Source of the DNA: a virus
Lineage: Duplodnaviria; Caudoviricetes
Virus record (IMG/VR): IMGVR_UViG_2834368228_000004
Coordinates: 96,001 to 160,000 of that record
Strand: one strand, 5' to 3'
Length of the DNA: 64,000 nucleotides
The position numbers were made by a program, and so were the translations under genes. This document shows, in pieces, positions 31,801 through 40,600 of the stretch (position 1 is the stretch's first letter; each line of letters starts with the position of its first letter). The notes under the pieces are model-generated. The model ran no database searches and was not told the origin of the DNA. It saw nothing but the letters and a program-made list of their open reading frames with translations.

Positions 31801-34677
31801 AGCGGAGAAGAGCAGTATGCTCATTCCTTATTTCCAACGTTTGAAAACCCACTAGGAGCTCTTTCCTTTCTAATTGGAACTAGAGATCCTTACTGGTTTG
31901 AGAAAAAGCATTATTATGATCGGCCTTATCTTTTAACAGGTGATTTCTTCAATAGTAATACTCCTTTCATTGGAGATATTGGAAATATGACCATAGGACA
32001 GATTTTAAAGCCAACACGAGAAATGCATGGAGAGTACTGGGCTGAACCAGAAATCATTCAGGAAAGTGCTGATAGTTTAGGTGAACGGCCATCAAGACCA
32101 GTAACAACTCGTATTTCTCCTTCAGGTCGTGTTGAATATAATGTTGAAGCATCAATTCAAGACTATGGAGCGGAAGCACCTATTTATGTTGCCAGAAGAA
32201 GAATTGATTCAGAGACGAATGAAGAAACAGGCGACATGATTATTGGTGATTTGCAATCAGGAAAAACAATTTATCTTCCAAGTAGAATGAATGGTGCATA
32301 TGTTGACTTAGATAGTGCTTTTATTGCTTCTGAGCAAAACATGGAGCGAATGATTGAAACGAGTCCACAAGGGCTGTTTGCACCAACTTATGAGTACCAA
32401 AAAGAAGTAGATCGCAGGAAATTAGCAGAATTAAATGACCCTCGAAGTGCACAATGGAGAGCGCAAGAGATGGCAAGTAACTGGCTGGAGCCACACGGTG
32501 TATATAACTGGATTTTCATGGATGAGCTACTTGGAAGAGATCCTTATGCAGGAAAAGAAGTTATAGCAAAAGCAGACCAAGCTTATAATGCATCTAACGC
32601 TTTCTGGGACTCTGAATTAGGTTCTCTAGGAGGAAGTCTTTCAGAGATTGGCAGACGTTTCATACGAAGAGATAGCGGGCAATTAGAGCATTATAATCCC
32701 ATTCGAAATCAAATGCCTGACTGGTTACCAGGAGGAAATTATTTTATTAATTTCCAGACAGGTGATCCTTATTCTTTAATACCAAATGGAGTATATCGTT
32801 TACCAGGAGAAGCTTATGAAGCGATGAACCCATTACATCCTGATGAAACAGGAAGATATGGAGCTTTTGATAAGCTTAAGATACTGGCAGATGTTGCACC
32901 ATGGTCAGATGAATATCGTTTCTGGAAAGACTATGTAACAGAGTATGAAGATGACCCAGAAATAAGAAAGCAAGCAGCTGAAATTAAACGTCAAGTATCT
33001 CAACGGAATCGAAAATATGAATTCCATGACTATATGTACAAGGATGCAGAACTTGAAAAGGAAAAAGTAACAGTAACAAAATTTTTAGATGATTACACCT
33101 TCCTCGCCAAAGAATATGGCGACCAGCCTATTCGATTAGCGGGCATCGATGCTAGATCAAATGCTGAAGGTGTATTAGAGAAATACATCGATGTTGGTGA
33201 TCGCATCACTATTGGTGTTGATGCTGATGAGAATCATCGTATTTCTGACGACACTTATGGAACAATGAGAGCAGTTGTCTTTAAAGGAATAGAAAGCCTA
33301 AATAGGCAAATTATTGAACGAGGAGAAATGAAAGAATCTCAAACAGATTTCTCTGCCCCTGGTGTGTGGGCAAGGTTTACTCCAGAAGAAATTGCTGCAG
33401 GTGCAAGATGGGAAACAGTAGCTCACGCAGAAACAGCATTTAATACTAAGTTTTTACAAGTCAGAACCGCTCTAGAAGAATATGAAAGAGACCAAATTTA
33501 TTTGCAAGACTGGTCAACGTGGCAAAACTTTGGTGTCACTGACTATGCTATTCCTGCCGTTCAACGATTAGCTGGTCGTGACAATCCATTAATTGCAGGT
33601 GTTGCAGGCGCTGCATTTGGTGGAACCATTGGTAGAATCTTCTTAGGTGGGGGATCAAGAACCAAAGGTGGGGCACTTATTGGTGCGATTGGTGGAATTG
33701 GTGCCAATCTTTATGGAAAAGCTTATGAGTATTCAACTGGTGAAAGATGGATACCAGAGCGTAGGCGTATTGAACATGATATTAATGAGTATTTTGATGT
33801 ATTAGAGTATATGAAATACACAGGACTCTATGAAAAAGCTAAAGTTGAATTATCTCATATGGGATATGATGCTGAAGAGTTTTTAAATTATGTAGAAGAA
33901 AAAGAAGGAAAAACAAAGCAGCGTCGCAGTGAGCTTGAAGAAAGAAAACAAGAACTTTATCTTACTCAACCGAATGGATGGGAAGAAGAACGAAAAGAAA
34001 TTAATCGGGAGTTGGCTAAGCTAACAGAACAGTGGGATGAATTACAACTTCCAGAGCCAGTTGCTCAAGCATTATATTATAAAGAACAAGCAGAAACTAC
34101 GTTATATGCTATTGATCCGTTTGAAGATCGACTTAATATAATGCAGGCTTTACCATATAAAGATCGTTGGTTCTTTAATGATTTTGCAAATGCACGAACA
34201 AAAGATCGAGATGAGATTTTAGAGTTGATTCCTGAGAACCAACGAAGAATTTATCAAGCCCTGTGGGGAATGGAAACTGAGGAAAGAAAACCTTTATCAT
34301 ATTATGCAGAAAAGTATGCAATACCAGATGCAGATTGGGAAGGATGGAGTCCTCAATACTCATTAGAAGATATAAAGGTTCAAGTTGTTCAAGATAGCGG
34401 ATTAAACCTATCTGATTTTAACTTTTGGGAAGATGATGTAGAAGCATCTAAATATGCTCCTAGGTTGCCAGACTCATATGATACACCAAGGTTTGGAGGA
34501 TTTAAGCAAGTTGAAGATAGTATTAGACAAGTATTGGAAGGACAAGGGCTGCATGATGTTCAAGTGACTGTTCATCCAAATAACGGTTCTGAAACACATG
34601 CAAGAGTGAATTATCAAAAAGACCGAAGCCAAGAAATTGAAGATGAATTCCGTTACCATATGGATGACTATTTGTAG
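28825..34677 (+). CDS. Giant tape-measure/ejection-type protein with hydrophobic segments and a degenerate SNase-like domain
   Basis: 1950 aa; LGLGVAAAAGALAVG and Gly-rich hydrophobic hairpins; VTKFLDDYT...IRLAGIDA...DTYG...LNRQIIERG. Confidence 0.6.
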   Translation: MGVSVEEVRVEDYQNREHDYRRFLASEAERNEMPFYQKLGLGVAAAAGALAVGYRTGAMRHMARYLDDVVAPTRQAVREVSSEESPILKNLSLDGLRDRGLKIQDRRNELMQLRQEQSNLLDRREFDMVRYLRQRDTLINKDVPEYISEGLRFQSVMRDIRNSPSIKRETANQIEKGLASGYTGILKRGSASDINHLLRQSGVQDKDVLDVVHDARKNNRDQDFSRRSEEGRAWIENVQEKLRQSTAQDIESITKQNNPIKQSLLGKSQRQATIQDVLELHKSKQIVLNEDVLGQIKDVTKHNKGFQDAIFDNNLYVTLKDGKVSGYADYKAFDNVGRNTMEWWSHTMPGGLMHFRDMINMRTAREQSSFRIFKRGSIQPMLNAHMNINPGEALTEDVVFSGGRFMRLFDDNAINSNQPLEVLNPNREMYLTSSRYGTVSTITRQASGVMTDGTRSVMGVDVTNNRLFKSLDIGGQEKDPIASEGFSVFSKFFDPEWDRNRINKALSKGIDSPEEYHFLQRFLDENTIGLSPRVLNQIESHLPQSLQTEIKDMGIHFGRDEDMLKLFKHLGEGNYRTSFEFNQLYRNFDRNPEEVLNRTMPRGRTSVILGGSIEVKTGMDQINQEIGKELVRQIAQHESITSGVPVREAQHTLRNILKDKSSEGLLTKPEFQNAERLINQQMFEQAGKSLRGNYEHLISETNQLLLGKDNINQTFQQGLDTLSKQVNPLLHKSTNANHVNQIADEYVAVNKSNVWDNLKSIDGIRDLGRQLSLRTGSRNMEDMTTLSIFGSYYPAYRLQEALGSLGLGLSGASMGSPLQIWSSLLLKRGLPIVAGVEGYQYADYLMDEYTGAGFSERWENYKAHQRLADAGAREEFDSIADLERQRMLRPGIEHFEAMPSIHLPGFGEVGPGVLLNQMMGAVTGISSPLSDKDTMTVEETYDDILHGTDEIRKGRWWAIGSRTAYRGDRIIEFAPNSYRQAHSDWEYTNVIGSGEEQYAHSLFPTFENPLGALSFLIGTRDPYWFEKKHYYDRPYLLTGDFFNSNTPFIGDIGNMTIGQILKPTREMHGEYWAEPEIIQESADSLGERPSRPVTTRISPSGRVEYNVEASIQDYGAEAPIYVARRRIDSETNEETGDMIIGDLQSGKTIYLPSRMNGAYVDLDSAFIASEQNMERMIETSPQGLFAPTYEYQKEVDRRKLAELNDPRSAQWRAQEMASNWLEPHGVYNWIFMDELLGRDPYAGKEVIAKADQAYNASNAFWDSELGSLGGSLSEIGRRFIRRDSGQLEHYNPIRNQMPDWLPGGNYFINFQTGDPYSLIPNGVYRLPGEAYEAMNPLHPDETGRYGAFDKLKILADVAPWSDEYRFWKDYVTEYEDDPEIRKQAAEIKRQVSQRNRKYEFHDYMYKDAELEKEKVTVTKFLDDYTFLAKEYGDQPIRLAGIDARSNAEGVLEKYIDVGDRITIGVDADENHRISDDTYGTMRAVVFKGIESLNRQIIERGEMKESQTDFSAPGVWARFTPEEIAAGARWETVAHAETAFNTKFLQVRTALEEYERDQIYLQDWSTWQNFGVTDYAIPAVQRLAGRDNPLIAGVAGAAFGGTIGRIFLGGGSRTKGGALIGAIGGIGANLYGKAYEYSTGERWIPERRRIEHDINEYFDVLEYMKYTGLYEKAKVELSHMGYDAEEFLNYVEEKEGKTKQRRSELEERKQELYLTQPNGWEEERKEINRELAKLTEQWDELQLPEPVAQALYYKEQAETTLYAIDPFEDRLNIMQALPYKDRWFFNDFANARTKDRDEILELIPENQRRIYQALWGMETEERKPLSYYAEKYAIPDADWEGWSPQYSLEDIKVQVVQDSGLNLSDFNFWEDDVEASKYAPRLPDSYDTPRFGGFKQVEDSIRQVLEGQGLHDVQVTVHPNNGSETHARVNYQKDRSQEIEDEFRYHMDDYL

Positions 34678-34688
34678 GATGTGATTAA

Positions 34689-37600
34689 ATGGATGAGATG
34701 AAAGAGAGATTAGAATCACTTGGATTAACATATTTGCCACCAGCTCAAGGTAATCAAGAGTTGGTGGCAATGTTCAACCCAGTTCAAAGAAGAGATTATT
34801 ACCATAATTATAACTATCAAGATAATGTGCAAAAAATGGCCCAAGTTGTGAATCAAAACAATAACAGTAAAGACATTTTTGACAACCAACAAACATATCG
34901 GTTGTTGAATAGTTCGCATAGTCGTATGGGGCAAGATCAAATGCGAAAATTTCAAGACTTCTCAACTGCAAATCAATTTTTCACATTTGATATTGAAACA
35001 CTTGGAAATGCTCTTCATGGTGATAACTTCAGCATTTCTGAAATTGCAGTACAAGGGTTCCAGCGAAATGGAAATAAATTTAAGCCATCTAACCAAAGCT
35101 TAACACTTGTTGGATCACCATCGCAGTCTGTACAAAATGATATGATTCAAGTTATCACTCAATTACGTCAGGATCCATATCAATTCAATAAGTTGGAAGA
35201 TTGGAAGAAGCGTACGCTTGTTGACTTAACAAGATATTCAACTCGAACCGATGGCGGAGTAACACCTGCTGTTTTTGAAAGTCAAAATGGCAATATGATT
35301 AACTTTGGTCATAACAGTTTAGCTAATACCTTCTTTAAAGATGAAAGAATGATTGCTTCAAGAGTTATTGAGAAGATGAGTAATGTGTTACAACATGCAG
35401 AGTCAGGTTTAGAAAATCTAAGCGAAAATAAATATGGATTAAACTCTAATCAAATGATTGATCAATTCAATAAATTTGTTCATCAAAACAATGATAGTTA
35501 TTTCATATCCTACAATGGAGATTCATTTGATATTCCAAAATTAAAGGCTTTTGGAGAGCAAGCAGGAAATAATCCTATGCTGACTCCCAATAAACATTTA
35601 GACTACTTTCGTGTTATTCAAACAACATTCCCTAATCCTTTAGATTTACATCGCTTATTAAATCAAGATGCAAGCAGACCTAGTACTGGGATGACAAAAC
35701 TACAAGCATTCCGCAGTACTTTAGGATACGATACGGAAGCAGCGCACAGTGCTACTCACGATATTGGGTTAGAAGGATTAGCTGGAGTTATACAAGAAAG
35801 TAATCCTCATATTCAAGATAGAATTCAAAATGGCAAAACAAGCATTGGAGATGGATTTAATTTTCAAACTGAAAAGTTTAGTTGGAATGATGCACCAGTA
35901 GAGAGAGGACAGACTTTATTTGCTTTGGGTGGAGTTCGAGCAAGAAGAGATGGCGAATTATCCTTTGCAGCAAAGTTTGATCCAGAAACAGGTGTGTACA
36001 ATCCGATTAATGATTCTTTTAATACAACTATCATTAATGCAAAAACATTCTATGATCTGGAAGGAATCGTTGATTTATCTGATGGAAATACGAATCGATA
36101 TGGATTAAAACTTTACGATCAGGATAGAGATTTACACAACTTTATTATTCGTGAAGGCGACAATGCATTACATGAGATTCAAGACTTTATGCAAAATCGT
36201 TTCTATAATTGGGATGGTTTAGATAAAGAAACACGTAGAAGAGTATCAGATGCTCGATTAACAGATAGTGCTAGACGGCAGTATGAACGATTGTTTAGTT
36301 TGGAGAAAGCAGGAACTGGAAGGACAGGTGGGTTTAATGCTGCTCAGCGAACGTATCAAAATGCAAAAGTTCTAGAAGAACGTCTTAGTGGAAAAGATAA
36401 AAACATACAAGGACCTGATTATCATGCGTTAAGGCAGAATCGTATCACTCATGAAAGTATGATGGAGCAGCTTCGTTCTGGATTCGACAGCTTATGGAAT
36501 CCTGAAACAAAGTCGTGGGTAAAAAATGAGAGAGAAATGGAAAACTTCTTCCGTATGGGAGAAAGACTTATTTCAGAACGGCCAGCCTTTGAACCTGCCC
36601 TAAAATATATTGAAAGTCATTTGTCTGAGCCGACACAAAGGGATTTAGCTTGGAATCTATATACAAAGAAAGTAAATGAAGCATTCCCTATGGCAAAAGA
36701 GACTATTCCTCTACAAGAATTTGAAAACCGAAGAGTTGGATATACAGACTTTAATACAAATACAAAACACTCTTTAGATATGAGTTCATGGAGCTCAACT
36801 GAGCAAAGCATAAGTCGATATGTTTACAGTAGAGATATAAGTCAAAATGGAGATTTAACGCCTGAATTGAGAGAAGATCGATACCGGGAGCGAATGAACC
36901 AATTTTTAAAAACATTACAAGGTAACGATGTTATAAATGAAAATACAGCTAACGAATTAATTAATATTAATAATCAAAGCGCTACAGTTAGAAATGCCAT
37001 TATCGAAGCAACAGACATTTTGCAAAGTAAGGTCTTTGACTTTGATAGCACTGTTCAACAAATATCACTTGGATATAATAATGCTATTCAGCAAATGGAT
37101 TTAGCAACAAATGAAATAATGTTCCAAGAAGCGGTCAAACAAGTTAGATCCATGAATCAGGTTCGAATCAACCCACAGCAAGTAACAGGTTCAAAAGTTG
37201 AATTCAGTCCAGAGGTAGAAAGAGCACTTCAGCGATTAGATCAATCTCGTTTAAGTGGATTGTCACCGAACAACAGACAAGCGTTAGAAAGTGTTTTGTC
37301 TAGTGTTGTAGGAAACAGCAAATTTAATCAACATCATGTTGCTTTAAGCATGGACCAGCAAACAGCTAATGCTAGAATTTCCATTTACAATCCATCAAAT
37401 AGTACAAGCGTGATTGACGCTATCAGCAGTGGACAGGAGCACCCCAATGCCCTAAGCATTAATGTTCCTTTAGTTGGAGAACATGGTGTACATCAAATTG
37501 GAAATAGACGTATTAACGCAAGAAGATACATGGATTATCAAGATGGCCAGTTTGTAGTAAGGTCTTCCACTCAACAGCTTGCAGATAATTATACTCGTAA

Positions 37601-40600
37601 TATGAACCGAATCTTAAGAGATTTTGATGAAGGGGATATCGAAGGTGCCAATAATCGTGCCAGAAGAGTTCTAAATGAAAGCTTAAGAAATCTTTCTGGA
37701 ATACAGAGAAACTTAACATCTAATGATAGCTTCAACATGAACAATAACCAATCTGACTTTTTCAAACAAGGAAATGTTGAAGTTGATACAGCAATGGTTA
37801 AAGATTTATATGCAAGAAACAGACTGACAAATGATGATTTTTATACAACAGCATTTGAAGGTGGAAGGTTAAGGCCAGATGTATCAGTAAATGATTTAAA
37901 GCCTGCCAAAGCATATGAAGTTTCATTAGCAGCTGGAGATTGGTTAAGAGATAACAATTTAAATCTCTTTGCAGGAACAAATAAAGGTGAACATGTATCT
38001 CAAATGATGTTTAACGAACTGGATATTCGAGAATTTCTACCTTATGGTCATTATACGTTCCAAGGTCGAGATAACTCTGTTCAGTTACAAAATGCTCATT
38101 TATTAAACGCTCAAGTGCAAGAAAACATCTTAAATAATACAGAAGGCTATGTGAGCTTTAATGAACTAGTTGCTACTAATAAACAACGAGAATGGGTTAA
38201 TCATTGGAGACAAACAAATCCTTCAGACGCAGCAGGAATGCAAATAAAAACAGCCTTCATTAACGATGGAACATTAATGGATCGAATAAACTCACTTTCT
38301 GAAACAGAAAAAGGTTTAGATCTTCTGCGAGAAGAGGGAATTATCAATGCAGATGGATCATGGAACCACACAAAAATCCCACGTATATATGAACAACAAG
38401 GATTGATTTCTCAGGACTTACAAGAGCAGGTTAAAGTAACAGAGCAGAAGATTTTATCTGAAACGGACGATGTAACACTATTTCGTAATTCAAGAAATGG
38501 AGATACTGTTCAACCGGGGCAGGCAATAGGATATGAAATGATTAATGGGTATCAAAGAGAGTTGCGATATCAAGGTCCTAACCCAGGTACCGTTATCCAG
38601 CAGAATGGTCGTGTAGGTGTTGCGTGGGAAGAAGATGCCTTCAAGTATATCGTTGAAGGGGAGAAAATGACAGATGTTCCTATCAGCAGACGTTTAATGT
38701 CCGCTATAACCGGTGATGATTCCGTCAGTATGATTCTTAACCCAAACATTAAAAAGCACCGTGACTATGGTATGTTCTTGTCAGGAAAAGCAAAAATATT
38801 AGCAGACTATGCGCATCAATTAAGTAATGATTTAGTTCAAGCTACAATAGATGCTCCTGTAACAGATAAAGCAAGCAGAAAAGCGTTAAGACGTATGGAG
38901 TTAGAGACTCAGTTTAACCGAACCATAAATCTCGCTTCAACAGTTGGTCTTCATTGGGATGCAAGTAGTAGGTCATTCATTCAAGAAGGAAACCCAAATA
39001 TACCAGCAAATAGTTTTGAAAATATATTTGAAGAGCTCGGTTTGGTGGATAGGGATGAGCAAGGAAATGTTCTCCGAAGAATCGACCAATCATCTTTAGG
39101 TGACGAACTTGCGATTCTTGAAGCAAGAGTAAGTAAAGTAAGTAATCACAGTAAAATGATAGATGAAACAGGCCGAATCGTTTTAGAAGTGGGTCATGAT
39201 AGAGATGGTAATATAACGAAGAAATACCGTCGTAATGATTTAGGACAGTTTGAGCATGGTGGAGTGAGCTGGGGTCATCGAGAAATGGGGGTCTTTAAAG
39301 ACCTAAATCTCACTGAAACCTATAATAAAGTATATGAAACGATGATGACTCAAGCTCAACAGAATAATAGATTAAATGAAACAAAGAGTATGATTGCAGC
39401 TGTTAGTGGAGCTGTCAATGAAAACCATACATTGGTTTCTGATGCTTCGACATTAAGTGTTGATGATTTTAGATCTCTTCCTGAAATTGATCGTGATACA
39501 AATACGTATCAACAGACTATTTTTGATCGAGACTACATTGAACGACTGCATGGTAATAATAATGCTCACGGATTTTGGTTGGAGCTCCCAGGTGTTCAGC
39601 AAACAAATGGCGACACAAGAAGAGTGACTGCAAACATAAATGGAAGCAGTGGGGAAAGACAAGCATTAAATCGAATTTTCATTCCATTTACTAACTTAGA
39701 AGGAGCTAATGGAGAAGTTCACTTAAGAGAGCTTCAACGTAGCATTGGTGACATTTACAGGAGAGCAGCAGATGTAATTGGCGCAGGTTCCATTGATGAA
39801 CGAGCACGCTCGATGGACGGTTTGCAGGGTGCTGTGGATCGATACTTTGATCAAACAGTAAAAGATATCACTTCTTCTAAAGGACAAACAGGGAGCAGTG
39901 TATTGAAAGCTAGCATGCCTTCATCTGGAAGCGGCCTGTTTAAATTATTAGATCCATCTGTATCAATGGCGCTTGAAGGTGAATTTACATTTATTTCACC
40001 AGATGATGCGAAGGCGCTAGGTGTTTATGATAAGTTAAAAACAATTGAGGAGCAGCGGGTAGCTGGAAAGAGTATAGATGATTTAATGGTGATGAATACT
40101 CGTTATCCAGTGTTCCATAGTGATGCTGTTCAGATTTCAAAATTGCGTGTAAGTGAAGACGCAAGAAAAGGAGAGTTTTTAACTACTTCTTGGCAATCTG
40201 ATTTAATGAAGGCTGACTCCGATGGTGACTATAACAACATTGTTGTCTTAGATGATGATAACATCCAAAAAGAGTGGAGAAGACAATATAATTTACAAGA
40301 ACAAAATCGAGAACAAGCATATCTGGAACAGCTAGGAGATTCTGCTAGAAGCGGACGAGGATTTAATGCAGAGTATGTGCTTGGAGATAATGATGCATTT
40401 CGTCCTTTTGATCCAAATACGCAAGAGGAAATGGCAGCGAAAATTGGTAAACGGGTAGTTGGTTCTGCATCTAACTTAAACTTATATATGAGACAAGTTG
40501 CTGACCAATATCTAAATCATGGTTCAGAAGAGCGCAGAGCTATTTACGAAATGGGTCAGGATTTAGAGCAAAAGCTTATTTCTTCAAAACATGGATTAAC

